Below, one piece after another: positions 1 to 10,198 of a stretch of DNA of 52,345 nucleotides. This stretch comes from a virus (lineage: Duplodnaviria; Caudoviricetes), in IMG/VR virus record IMGVR_UViG_3300035070_002843, positions 1-52,345 of that record, one strand, 5' to 3'. A program made the translations under genes and the position numbers. Position 1 is the stretch's first letter; the number at the start of each line of letters is the position of its first letter. A model generated the notes under the pieces. It worked only from the letters and a program-made list of their open reading frames with translations. It ran no database searches and was not told the DNA's origin.

Positions 1-2549
1 GCATAATTACCGTCTATTGCTACTAATTGGCCAAAGAGATCACTAGCACTTGTACTATAAGCATTAGGATTATCTAGTGTGTGTAGTAATGCGCCAGTAG
101 TGACATTAAAAATATAGGCTTTACCTGAACTAAGACCACCAGAATCATCTTCTCCGTAAGCACCAACAATAGCATAGTTGCCCGATATTGCTACTGAGAA
201 ACCAAAAAAATCACTAGCACTTGTATCATAAGCATTAGGATTGTCTAGCGTATGAACCAGTGTGCCTGTTACTACATTAAAAATATATGCCTTACCTGAA
301 CTACCACCACCAGCATCATCTTCCAGATAAGCACCAACGATAGCATAATTACCAGATATTGCTACTGAGAAACCAAAGTTATCACCAGCACTTGTACTAT
401 AAGCATTAGGATTGTTTAGAGTATGAACTAATGCTCCAGTGGTGATATCAAAAATATATGCTTTACCTGAACCACTACCACCAGAATCATCTTCTCCGTA
501 AGCACCAACAATAGCATAATTACCGTCTATTGCTACTCGAAAACCAAAATAATCCTGAAGACTTGTATCATAAGCATTGGGATTATCCAGCGTGTGAAGT
601 AATGCACCAGTAGTTACATTAAAAATATATGCTTTACCTGAACTAAGAGGACCATCATCTTCTTGATAAGCACCAACAATAGCATAATTACCTGATATTG
701 CTACTGAATAACCAAAGTTATCGGCAGCACTTGTACCATAAGCATTAGGATTATCTAAAGTGTGTAGTAATGCTCCAGTTGCGACATCAAAAATATAGGC
801 TTTACCTGAATCACTACCAGCAGAATCATCTTCAGCATAAGCACCAACGATAGCATAATTACCAGATATTGCTACTGATACACCAAAGTTATCATTAAGA
901 CTTGTATCATAAGCATTGGGATTATCCAGCGTGTGAAGTAATACACCAGTAGTTACATTAAAAATATATGCTTTACCTGAACCAGTACCACCAGAATCAT
1001 CTTCTTGATTAGCACCAACAATTGCGTAATTGCCAGATATGGCAACGTACAGGCCGCCGCCAAAGTTATCACCAACACTTGTACCATAAGCATTAGGATT
1101 ATCTAGAGTGTGCAAAAGTTTAGTTGCATTAAAAGAGGCGTTCTTAAAAGCTATATTATCCTTATTAAGAAAAGTTTTATCTGATAATTCTATCTGGTCA
1201 ATTCTATCCAATACAAATGATAAAGGAAATAAATATGCTTTACCTGATTCAGCACCACCTAGCAATTCATCTTCAGTATTAGCACCAACGATAGCGTAAT
1301 TACCAGATATTGCTACTGCCCGACCAAAGTTATCATCAGCACTTGTATCAAAAGCATTTGGGTTATCTAGCGTATAAACTAATACTCCAGTGGTGACATC
1401 AAAAATATATGCTTTACCTGAGCTAAGACCATCAGAATCATCTTCCAGATAAGCACTAACGATAGCGTAGTTGCTTGAAATTGCCACTGAATAACCAAAG
1501 AAATCACTACCACTTGTACTATAAGCGTTAGGGTTATCCAGCGTGTGTAGTAATGCACCTGTTGCTACATCAAAAATATAGGCTTTACCACTACTATTAC
1601 CACCAGCATCATCTTCTTGAGAAGCGCCAACAATTGCATAATTACCAGACATTGATACTGACCAACCAAAATAATCATTAAGACTTGTACCATAAGCATT
1701 TGGATTATCTAGTGTGCGTACTAAAGCGCCAGTTGCTACATTAAAAATATAGGCTTTACCCGAACTAGTACCACCATCATCCTCGGCATAAGCACCAACG
1801 ATTGCGTAATTACCTGAAATTGCTACTGAATAACCAAAGAAATCAAAAGAACTTGTGCCAAAAGCATTTGGATTATCTAGTGTGTGAACCAAAGCACCAG
1901 TAGTGGCATTAAAGATATAAACTTTACCTGAACTAGTACCACCAGAATCATCTTCAACAAAAGCACCAACGATAGCGTAGTCGCCCGATATTCCGACTGA
2001 GTTACCAAAGTTATCACTACCACTTGTACTATAAGCATTAGGATTATCTAGCGTGTGTAGTAATGCGCCAGTTGTGACATTAAAAATATAGGCTTTACCT
2101 GATTGAGTACCACCAGAATCATCCTCGTCAAGAGCACCAACGATAGCATAGTTACCAGACATTGATACTGAGTAACCAAATCGATCAAAACCACTTGTAC
2201 TATAAGCATTCGGGTTATCCAACGTATGAACTAACGCGCCTGTAGTGACATTAAAAATATAGGCTTTACCTGAAGTAGTACCACCAGCATCATCTTCAAA
2301 ATAAGCACCGACGATAGCGTAATTACCTGATATTCCGACTGTTACACCAAAATTATCTTCAAAACTTATACTATAAGCATTTGGGTTATCTAATGTAATA
2401 TAACTTGCTATATTATTATATCCAATATTAACGGTACCTCCGGTTGGTGCGGATGTTAATACCGTCGCATCGTTGAAGGTAACAGTACCTACATTGACTA
2501 GATTTTTACTATCATCTATAACGGTTGTATTGTTTACTTTAATTGCCAT
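1..2549 (-). CDS. FG-GAP repeat double beta-propeller virion protein, third paralogue (3' end runs off the window; absent from the ORF track)
   Basis: ATG at 2549 reads MAIKVNNTTVIDDSKNLVNV, like the two upstream paralogues. Seven ~57-aa blades (TLDNPNAY..FG.SV.ISGNYAIVGA..EDD.GG..SGKAYIF), a linker near 1110-1235, then a second set of blades whose seventh is cut at position 1. Confidence 0.9.
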   Translation of the reverse strand, partial: MAIKVNNTTVIDDSKNLVNVGTVTFNDATVLTSAPTGGTVNIGYNNIASYITLDNPNAYSISFEDNFGVTVGISGNYAIVGAYFEDDAGGTTSGKAYIFNVTTGALVHTLDNPNAYSTSGFDRFGYSVSMSGNYAIVGALDEDDSGGTQSGKAYIFNVTTGALLHTLDNPNAYSTSGSDNFGNSVGISGDYAIVGAFVEDDSGGTSSGKVYIFNATTGALVHTLDNPNAFGTSSFDFFGYSVAISGNYAIVGAYAEDDGGTSSGKAYIFNVATGALVRTLDNPNAYGTSLNDYFGWSVSMSGNYAIVGASQEDDAGGNSSGKAYIFDVATGALLHTLDNPNAYSTSGSDFFGYSVAISSNYAIVSAYLEDDSDGLSSGKAYIFDVTTGVLVYTLDNPNAFDTSADDNFGRAVAISGNYAIVGANTEDELLGGAESGKAYLFPLSFVLDRIDQIELSDKTFLNKDNIAFKNASFNATKLLHTLDNPNAYGTSVGDNFGGGLYVAISGNYAIVGANQEDDSGGTGSGKAYIFNVTTGVLLHTLDNPNAYDTSLNDNFGVSVAISGNYAIVGAYAEDDSAGSDSGKAYIFDVATGALLHTLDNPNAYGTSAADNFGYSVAISGNYAIVGAYQEDDGPLSSGKAYIFNVTTGALLHTLDNPNAYDTSLQDYFGFRVAIDGNYAIVGAYGEDDSGGSGSGKAYIFDITTGALVHTLNNPNAYSTSAGDNFGFSVAISGNYAIVGAYLEDDAGGGSSGKAYIFNVVTGTLVHTLDNPNAYDTSASDFFGFSVAISGNYAIVGAYGEDDSGGLSSGKAYIFNVTTGALLHTLDNPNAYSTSASDLFGQLVAIDGNY

Positions 2550-2553
2550 TTTA

Positions 2554-5175
2554 TTATTCCAATACCATTTGAATGGCCTTATCTAAATATGTCATATTAT
2601 CTACTGCAAAAATATAAGCTACACCTGAAGCGTCAAATGATGGCGCCCCATCAGAGTCGCCTTCCAGATCAGCTCCAACAATGCAATAGTTTCCAGATAT
2701 TGCTACTGATACACCAAAATAATCAACAAAACTTGTGCCATAAGCATTAGGGTTATCTAATGTGTGTACTAATGCTCCAGTAGTGACGCTAAAAATATAT
2801 GCTTTACCTGATTCAGTACCACCAGAATCATCTTCATTCCGTGCACTAACAATAGCATAGTTACCAGATATTGCTACTGATATACCAAAGTTATCGCCAG
2901 CACTTGTACCGTAAGCATTTGGATTATCTAGTGTATGTAGTAATGCGCCAGTAGTGACGTTAAAGATATATGCTTTACCTGATTGAGTACCACCAGCATC
3001 ATCTTCCAAAACAGCACCAACAATTGCATAATTACCAGATATTGCTACTGACCGACCAAATTGATCATTAGCACTTGTACCAAAAGGATTTGGATTATCT
3101 AGTGTGTGTAGTAATGCTCCAGTAATGACGTTAAAAATATAGGCTTTACCCGAACTAGTACCATTAGCATCATCTTCATTCTCAGCAGCAACAATACAGT
3201 AATTACCTGATATCGCTACTTTATTTCCAAAATTATCACCAGTACTTGTACCATAAGCATTAGGATCATCTAGTGTATGGACTAGTGTACCAGTCACAAC
3301 ATTATAGATATAAGCTTCACCAGCCGAACCTACACTACCAGTCGCGTTGCCGATTATAGCATAATTACCAGATATTGCTACTGATCGGCCAACAGTGGCT
3401 ATTGTATGAATTAAAGCACCAGTGGTCACATTATAGATGTATACTTTATTAGAACCAGAAGCAGAAACTATAGCATAGTTACCAGATATGTCTGCCTCTC
3501 CACCAAAATAAGAAAAATTAGCCGGGCTAGGATTATCCAGCGTATGAAGTAATTTTCCAGTAGTTGCATTAAAGATATAAACTTTACCTGAATAAGTAAG
3601 GCCAGCATCATCTTCTCTTTCTACACCGAGAATAGCGTAATTACCAGATATTTTTACATAATGACCAAAATAATCACCAGAGGCCTCACCATAGCCACTA
3701 GGGTTATCCAATGTCTGAAGTAATTGACCTCCAACATAAGCTTGATTAAATATTGGATGTGCTGCGTCAAGTGCGCCACCACCAACAAAGTTTATTTGAT
3801 TAATCTTAGATATACTAATGGTATCATCAACTGCAAATGTATATGCTTTACCCGATTCAGTACCACCAGCATCATCTTCAAAATAAGCGCCAACGATAGC
3901 GTAATTACCAGATATTGCTACTCCCCAACCAAAATTATCACTAGCACTTGTGTCATAAGGATTAGGATTATCTAGAGTATGAATCAATGCACCAGTAGTT
4001 ACGTTAAAGATGTAAGCTTTACCTGATTGAGTACCACCAGCATCATCTTCAAAATAAGCACCGACGATAGCATAATTACCTGATATCCCGACTGACCGAC
4101 CAAAGAAATCACTAGCACTTGTGCTATAAGCATTCGGGTTATCTAGTGTGTGTAGTAATGCGCCAGTTGTTACGTTAAAGATATATGCTTTACCTGAATC
4201 ACTACCACCAGCATCATCTTCTTGATTAGCACCAACGATAGCATAATTACCTGATATTCCGACTGATAAACCAAAGTAATCAGCACCACCTGTACCATAA
4301 GCATTTGGATTGTCTAATGTGTAAACCAAAGCACCAGTCGTTACATCAAAAATATATGCTTTACCTGAGCCGAGACCACCAGCATCATCTTCAAAATAAG
4401 CACCGACGATAGCATAATTACCTGATATCCCGACTGACCGACCAAAAAAATCCTGAATACTTGTACCATAAGCGTTAGGATTATCTAGCGTATAAACTAA
4501 TGCTCCAGTAGTGACGTTAAAGATATAAGCTTTACCTGAAGCACTACCACTAGAATCATCTTCAAAATAAGCACCAACGATAGCATAATTACCAGATATT
4601 CCGACTGAGATACCAAAATAATCCTGAATACTTGTACCATAAGCATTAGGATTATCTAGAGTATGTAGTAATGCGCCAGTAGTGACGTTAAAAATATATG
4701 CCTTACCTGAACCATTACCAGCAGATTCATCTTCAGCATAAGCACCAATAATAGCGTAATTACCAGATATTGCTACTGAGAAACCAAAAAAATCACTAGC
4801 ACTTGTATCAAAAGCATTAGGATTATCTAAAGTGTGTAGTAATGCTCCAGTGGTGACATTATAGATATAGGCTTTACCTGAATTAGTACCACCAGCATCA
4901 CCTTCTTGATAAGCACCAACAATAGCATAATTACCAGAGATTGCAACTGATTGACCAAATCGATCGTTCCCGCTCGTACTATAAGCATTAGGATTATCCA
5001 ATGTGTGTAATATAGTAGAACCAATATTATCTGTGCTTACATTGGACTTATCATATACAGTGACAACTCCTGTGGCCGTTGAGATTGATGTGGTATCAGT
5101 AAAACCAAGACTAGTAACATTTGTTAAATTTCGGCTATCATCTATAACCGTGGTTCCCAAAACTTTAATTGCCAT
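2554..5175 (-). CDS. FG-GAP repeat (integrin-alpha-like) double seven-bladed beta-propeller protein, 873 aa
   Basis: 7+7 FG...GA repeats of ~57 aa (two shortened blades in the second propeller) separated by a linker; N-terminus MAIKVLGTTVIDDS. Confidence 0.9.
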   Translation of the reverse strand: MAIKVLGTTVIDDSRNLTNVTSLGFTDTTSISTATGVVTVYDKSNVSTDNIGSTILHTLDNPNAYSTSGNDRFGQSVAISGNYAIVGAYQEGDAGGTNSGKAYIYNVTTGALLHTLDNPNAFDTSASDFFGFSVAISGNYAIIGAYAEDESAGNGSGKAYIFNVTTGALLHTLDNPNAYGTSIQDYFGISVGISGNYAIVGAYFEDDSSGSASGKAYIFNVTTGALVYTLDNPNAYGTSIQDFFGRSVGISGNYAIVGAYFEDDAGGLGSGKAYIFDVTTGALVYTLDNPNAYGTGGADYFGLSVGISGNYAIVGANQEDDAGGSDSGKAYIFNVTTGALLHTLDNPNAYSTSASDFFGRSVGISGNYAIVGAYFEDDAGGTQSGKAYIFNVTTGALIHTLDNPNPYDTSASDNFGWGVAISGNYAIVGAYFEDDAGGTESGKAYTFAVDDTISISKINQINFVGGGALDAAHPIFNQAYVGGQLLQTLDNPSGYGEASGDYFGHYVKISGNYAILGVEREDDAGLTYSGKVYIFNATTGKLLHTLDNPSPANFSYFGGEADISGNYAIVSASGSNKVYIYNVTTGALIHTIATVGRSVAISGNYAIIGNATGSVGSAGEAYIYNVVTGTLVHTLDDPNAYGTSTGDNFGNKVAISGNYCIVAAENEDDANGTSSGKAYIFNVITGALLHTLDNPNPFGTSANDQFGRSVAISGNYAIVGAVLEDDAGGTQSGKAYIFNVTTGALLHTLDNPNAYGTSAGDNFGISVAISGNYAIVSARNEDDSGGTESGKAYIFSVTTGALVHTLDNPNAYGTSFVDYFGVSVAISGNYCIVGADLEGDSDGAPSFDASGVAYIFAVDNMTYLDKAIQMVLE

Positions 5176-5177
5176 TT

Positions 5178-7859
5178 TTATTGCACCATTGTGTATAGAC
5201 GATCTAAGTTACTAAGATCTTTTGTTGCAAAAATATATGCTTTACCTGACGCACTACCACCAGAATCATCTTCAAGCCGAGCGCCGACAATTGCATAATT
5301 ACCGTCTATTGCTAATGAGTAACCAAATTCATCACTAGCACTTGTGTCATAAGCATTGGGGTTGTCTAGTGTGTGTAATAATGCACCAGTGGTGACGTTA
5401 AAAATATATGCTTTACCTGAGTTACCACCGGCAGATTCATCTTCTAGAAAAGCACCAACAATTGCATAATTACCAGATATTCTGACTGAATCACCAAAGT
5501 AATCATTAAGACTTGTACCAAAAGCATTTGGATTATCTAGTGTGTGTAATAATGCGCCTGTTGCGACATTAAAAATATACGCTTTACCTGAAGTAGTACC
5601 ACCAGCATCATCTTCACTACTAGCACCAACGATTGCGTAATTACCCGATATTCCGACTGAATCACCAAACCGATCATTAGCACTTGTGTCATAAGCATTT
5701 GGATTATCCAACGTGTGAAGTAATGCACCAGTAGTGACGTTAAAGATATATGCTTTACCTGAACTATTACCACCAGCATCATTTTCAATGCTCGCGCCAA
5801 CAATAGCATAATTACCTGATATTGCTACTGACACACCAAAGTAATCATTAGCACTTGTACTATAAGCATTCGGGTTATCCAACGTATGAACTAACGCGCC
5901 TGTTGTGACGTTAAAAATATACGCTTTACCTGAAGTAGTACCACCAGAATCATCTTCACCGTAAGCACCAACGATAGCATAGTTACCAGACATTGCTACT
6001 GAGTAACCAAAGTAATCATTAAGACTACTGCCAAAAGGATTTGGATTATCCAGCGTGTGTAGTAATGCGCCGGTTGTTACGTTAAAAATATACGCTTTAC
6101 CTGAATTAGTTCCGCCAGCATCATCTTCCTGTCTTGCACTAACGATAGCGTAATTGCCTGAAATTGCTACTGACCAACCAAATTCATCACTAGCACTTGT
6201 ATCAAAAGCATTTGGATTATCTAGTGTGTGTAATAATGCGCCAGTAGTTACATTAAAAATATAGGCTTTACCTGAGCTAAGACCACCAGCATCATCTTCC
6301 AGATAAGCACTAACAATGGCATAATTACCTGAAATTGCTAATGAGTAACCAAATCGGTCAGCATCACTTGTACTATAAGCATTAGGATTGTTTAGAGTAT
6401 TTACTAACTCACCCTGGTTAACCCTTACAGACAGTAATTCACTGTCTGATCTTAACTCAGAACCATTTGAAAATTGTATTTTATCAACGTGGTTAACATT
6501 GTAAATATCATCTACTGTAAGGATATATGCTTTACCTGAAAATAATTCAATAGAATCAGATTCGGTTGGCGCACTAACGATCACATAATTACCTGATATT
6601 CCGACTGAGTTACCAAATTGATCACTAGCACTTGTGCTATAAGCATTAGGATCGTTTAGCGTATGTAGTAATGCGCCAGTAGTGACATCAAAAATATATG
6701 CTTTACCTGATGTAAAACCACCAGTATCATCTTCAAAAACAGCACCAACAATAGCATAATTGCCCGATATTCCGACTGAGTAACCAAAGTTATCATTAGC
6801 ACTTGTAAAATAAGCATTAGGATTATCTAGTGTGTGTACTAAAGCGCCAGTTGCTACATTAAAAATATATGCTTTACCTGAACCAGTACCACCAGCATCA
6901 TCTTCATATCTTGCACCAACGATAGCATAATTACCGTCTATTGCTAATGAGTAACCAAATTCATCACCAGCACTTGTGTCATAGGCGTTTGGATTGTCTA
7001 GTATATGAACCAGTGCGCCCGTTGCTACATTAAAAATATATGCCTTACCTGAGCTAAGACCACCAGCATCATCCTCGGTATAAGCACTAACAATAGCATA
7101 ATTACCTGAAATTGCTACTGAGCTAGCAAATGCATCAAAGGTAGCCGTTGAATAAGGATTGGGGTTGTCTAATGTGTGTACTAAAGCACCAGTAGTGACG
7201 TTAAAAATATATGCTTTACCTGAATTAGTATTGCCAAATTCATCTTCCAGATAAGCACCTACGATAGCATAATTACCTGATATTCCGACTGAGAAACCAA
7301 ATTGATCACCAGCACTTGTACCATAAGCATTCGGGTTATCCAGCGTATGTAGTAATGCGCCAGTAGTGACATCAAAAATATAGGCCTTGCCTGAACTAAC
7401 ACCACCAGAATCATCTTCCAGATAAGCACTAACGATAGCGTAATTGCCTGATATAGCAACTAACCGACCAAATTGATCACTAGCATTTGTGCCAAAAGCA
7501 TTAGGATTGTTTAATACATGAATTAGTAAACCAGTAGTAACATCATAAATATACACCCTACCTGTATCACTACCATCAGAATCATCCTCTTGATAAGCAC
7601 CAACAATTGCGTAATTACCAGATATTGCTAGTGAGGATCCAAATCTATCACCAGCACCACCAGTATAGATATTTGGATTATCCAATGTGTGAACTAAAGT
7701 GCCACCTGTCTGATGTATACTAAATGTGCTATTTAAATTTACAGTTACATTTACTGATGCTGATGAGAGTACTGAGGCATCAGGGAATGTAACGGATTGA
7801 ATATTGGTAAAATTTTTACTGTCATCAATAACGGTAGTTCCGTTAACTTTTATTGCCAT
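5178..7859 (-). CDS. FG-GAP repeat double seven-bladed beta-propeller protein, 893 aa
   Basis: 7+7 repeats of ~57 aa; N-terminus MAIKVNGTTVIDDS; RBS AAGGAG upstream. Confidence 0.9.
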   Translation of the reverse strand: MAIKVNGTTVIDDSKNFTNIQSVTFPDASVLSSASVNVTVNLNSTFSIHQTGGTLVHTLDNPNIYTGGAGDRFGSSLAISGNYAIVGAYQEDDSDGSDTGRVYIYDVTTGLLIHVLNNPNAFGTNASDQFGRLVAISGNYAIVSAYLEDDSGGVSSGKAYIFDVTTGALLHTLDNPNAYGTSAGDQFGFSVGISGNYAIVGAYLEDEFGNTNSGKAYIFNVTTGALVHTLDNPNPYSTATFDAFASSVAISGNYAIVSAYTEDDAGGLSSGKAYIFNVATGALVHILDNPNAYDTSAGDEFGYSLAIDGNYAIVGARYEDDAGGTGSGKAYIFNVATGALVHTLDNPNAYFTSANDNFGYSVGISGNYAIVGAVFEDDTGGFTSGKAYIFDVTTGALLHTLNDPNAYSTSASDQFGNSVGISGNYVIVSAPTESDSIELFSGKAYILTVDDIYNVNHVDKIQFSNGSELRSDSELLSVRVNQGELVNTLNNPNAYSTSDADRFGYSLAISGNYAIVSAYLEDDAGGLSSGKAYIFNVTTGALLHTLDNPNAFDTSASDEFGWSVAISGNYAIVSARQEDDAGGTNSGKAYIFNVTTGALLHTLDNPNPFGSSLNDYFGYSVAMSGNYAIVGAYGEDDSGGTTSGKAYIFNVTTGALVHTLDNPNAYSTSANDYFGVSVAISGNYAIVGASIENDAGGNSSGKAYIFNVTTGALLHTLDNPNAYDTSANDRFGDSVGISGNYAIVGASSEDDAGGTTSGKAYIFNVATGALLHTLDNPNAFGTSLNDYFGDSVRISGNYAIVGAFLEDESAGGNSGKAYIFNVTTGALLHTLDNPNAYDTSASDEFGYSLAIDGNYAIVGARLEDDSGGSASGKAYIFATKDLSNLDRLYTMVQ

Positions 7860-7895
7860 CTTCGCTCCTTTGAACTCGGCTACTTATTATATCTT

Positions 7896-7903
7896 TATTT
7901 ATA
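7896..7903 (-). promoter_or_regulatory. T4-type late promoter TATAAATA for the propeller genes
   Basis: Exact TATAAATA on the minus strand in the intergenic gap upstream of the start at 7859. Confidence 0.8.
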
Positions 7904-7906
7904 ATA

Positions 7907-8383
7907 TTATATTTGAATATCTAATGTTGGTTCATCAATAAAATCAAATGGATTTTCCATATCTAAATACTTTTTCCACTCTTCAATGTGGTTTAATATT
8001 TTATTTCTATCCTCAACTGATATATTTTCATTAAAATATTGATCATTGGCAGTATCATCTGCACCACCAGGTGATACGTATAATATACAATGTAATCTAT
8101 AAATTTCAGAATTAATAAAATTATTAATCACCGTTCTTTTTTCTGATAATACCTGCTGTCTTTCAGCTTCCGTTATATCTTCTATTGTCCAGTTATTGCC
8201 ATCCCAGGCTACTTTTTTACGTGTAACATCATACGGCAAATCTCTAACTGGAGCTAATACATAGCCAGCATCAGCAATCTCTTCAGCAGTAAATGTAGAT
8301 TTATTAGTACGTGTTGTACCATTTGATAATCTGATTCTATCTGGAAGAACCGTAGGATATGCGCCGTTATAAGAATAAAGCAT
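7907..8383 (-). CDS. Putative tail-fibre assembly chaperone-like protein (start revised to MLYSYNGAYP)
   Basis: AAGGA upstream of ATG 8383, and this start avoids overlap with the upstream gene. The PYD....VAWDG.NW segment is typical of small fibre-associated proteins. Confidence 0.55.
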   Translation of the reverse strand: MLYSYNGAYPTVLPDRIRLSNGTTRTNKSTFTAEEIADAGYVLAPVRDLPYDVTRKKVAWDGNNWTIEDITEAERQQVLSEKRTVINNFINSEIYRLHCILYVSPGGADDTANDQYFNENISVEDRNKILNHIEEWKKYLDMENPFDFIDEPTLDIQI

Positions 8384-8397
8384 TATTAGTAATTCCT

Positions 8398-10197
8398 TTA
8401 GTATATTCCGACCCAAAGAGTATCGTCGGGATCCATCGGTGTTCCTGTTGGCCCAGTTAATGCATGCGCAATTCGAATCCAAGACCCGGCCGTTAATGAT
8501 ATCGAAGGGCTCCTAGCAACACAGACGTGATCAGTTGTTGTACCACTAGTTTCACAATACATGTAAGAGCTGCCTACAATTTGACTTACAGTAGCATCAC
8601 CTAATGGCAATATGTTTGTGGACCAGGTTGACGAAACACCAATACCATCAGCAGCTCCTGTATATGATGAGCCTGTTCCAGTTGCCCAGTTCATTCTATT
8701 TGCTGTGGAGCTAAAAGCAATAGATGAATAAGTATAACCACTAGCAGTTGCCGGTGTAAAATTAAGACCGGAGGCGGGTTGAAGACCTGCTGGACTTGCT
8801 GTTGTAGTAGTCCAAGAATTTCCAGTTCCACCACCAGTATCATAAAAAATAAATTGATGTAATATTGCAGTTTTAGATGAATTTAAAACCTGAATTCCAC
8901 CAATTGGAACATCATTATAGAAGCTAGTTGCTGCTGTGAATTTAACTACAATATAAATGCTGCCAGTACCTGTATAATCAAACTGAACCTCTCCCACATC
9001 ATAAGGGCCATTATAATCAGCAGTTGTACCCATGTAAGTTTGAGAATCTATAAATCTATTAGATATCTCATAAAATGAAGTAGTGATATCTGTACCAAGT
9101 GGTGCTGCAGCATCTGTTATTGTTACCGCTGTGCTTGTAGCAAGTATTGTGCCACTAGTACTACCGTACCTAATTTCTAATGTAAATGTCTCTCCTTCTG
9201 CTGAACCCTCAGCAATTGGAGTGATATCAATTGTGCCAGAGCCGCTGGTTAGAGCAAACGAGCCTGAAAGTGTTGCTGGACTAAAATCAGCAGCACTTAC
9301 ACCACCAGATGTATTAATCGTCCAATATAGTGTACCACCACTACCGGTTGAGTCAGTTACAGTAAAGGTAACTGTATTTCCTTCGGTAATATTCGTTGTG
9401 CTTGGTGTCACAGAAGAGATAGAAGGAAATACGGATGTATCAACAATTGTTAAGGTAGTCGATCCCCACGCAGCATAACCACCGTAAGATATTGCAACTG
9501 TTAATGTCTCGGGCCCTTCAGTTACTAAATCTTCTACTGTCGTATAAGATACCTGTACAAATGTTGCGGGGCTTTGAGATCTACTAAGCGGCAAACTTCC
9601 GTTAAAATCCGCTGCACTAGCGCTACCAGTATTTGTCAGTGTAAAATTTCTAGTTCTATTGGTACCAACATTGGAAAGATTAAAACCAAGAGAAGAAGAA
9701 ACCCCTTCATTTATCGCAGATGGTGTCCAAAAAAGGTTAAGTAGTGCTGGTTTCAGAATTGTTATGGTATTTGATTCATATAACACATCACCAGAGTATC
9801 CACCTCTTAAAATTTGAAACGTATATGTTCTTGTAGACTTATTAGGATCGCCAATAAAGTCGTGTTCAATACTAAAAGTTCCACTCTGAGTAGAAGCAAT
9901 TTGTGTAAATGTGCCCTGTACAGCTCCAAGATAAAAATCAGTACTAGTTGTGGTACCGTCTACTATTTTCCAATACAGAGTTTCATTTGCTACTAATCCA
10001 CTAGAAGTAACACTATGAGAATAAACTGTATTCTCAGTTTGTGTACCACTACTATTTGTTACAGACTCTATTTTTAATACTGTTGGCCAGTTATCAAGAA
10101 CTCTGGCATTATAATTGTCAAATGTATCGTGTACACCATTACCATTATTTGTAGTTACGCCTTGACGTGGACCTATTATATTACTATTTCTTCTCAT
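8398..10197 (-). CDS. Virion protein with Calx-beta/Ig-like repeats and a possible C-terminal MAM-like domain
   Basis: Repeated EG..VTFTV...LYW.I...SAADF...D..TEG.ETF motifs; C-terminal YMYCETSG...ARSPSI. Confidence 0.6.
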   Translation of the reverse strand: MRRNSNIIGPRQGVTTNNGNGVHDTFDNYNARVLDNWPTVLKIESVTNSSGTQTENTVYSHSVTSSGLVANETLYWKIVDGTTTSTDFYLGAVQGTFTQIASTQSGTFSIEHDFIGDPNKSTRTYTFQILRGGYSGDVLYESNTITILKPALLNLFWTPSAINEGVSSSLGFNLSNVGTNRTRNFTLTNTGSASAADFNGSLPLSRSQSPATFVQVSYTTVEDLVTEGPETLTVAISYGGYAAWGSTTLTIVDTSVFPSISSVTPSTTNITEGNTVTFTVTDSTGSGGTLYWTINTSGGVSAADFSPATLSGSFALTSGSGTIDITPIAEGSAEGETFTLEIRYGSTSGTILATSTAVTITDAAAPLGTDITTSFYEISNRFIDSQTYMGTTADYNGPYDVGEVQFDYTGTGSIYIVVKFTAATSFYNDVPIGGIQVLNSSKTAILHQFIFYDTGGGTGNSWTTTTASPAGLQPASGLNFTPATASGYTYSSIAFSSTANRMNWATGTGSSYTGAADGIGVSSTWSTNILPLGDATVSQIVGSSYMYCETSGTTTDHVCVARSPSISLTAGSWIRIAHALTGPTGTPMDPDDTLWVGIY

Positions 10198-10198
10198 T

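Larger units (their letters stand above)
1..7700. repeat. Degenerate ~171-bp coding tandem repeat array (42 propeller blades across three genes)
   Basis: Motifs such as aaaatatatgctttacctga and taagcattaggattatc recur with ~171-bp period. Confidence 0.95.

Noticed and set aside
1108-1299. 63-aa plus-strand ORF
   Set aside because: Antisense to the inter-propeller linker of the unlisted 1-2549 gene.
1-7700. CRISPR array or diversity-generating retroelement behind the 171-bp repeats
   Set aside because: The repeats are in-frame coding units with synonymous variation and no unique spacers. No reverse transcriptase, non-coding template repeat or adenine-restricted variation is evident in the window.
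8384-8482. Extended N-terminus of ORF 7907-8482
   Set aside because: Overlaps the upstream gene; an RBS supports the start at 8383.
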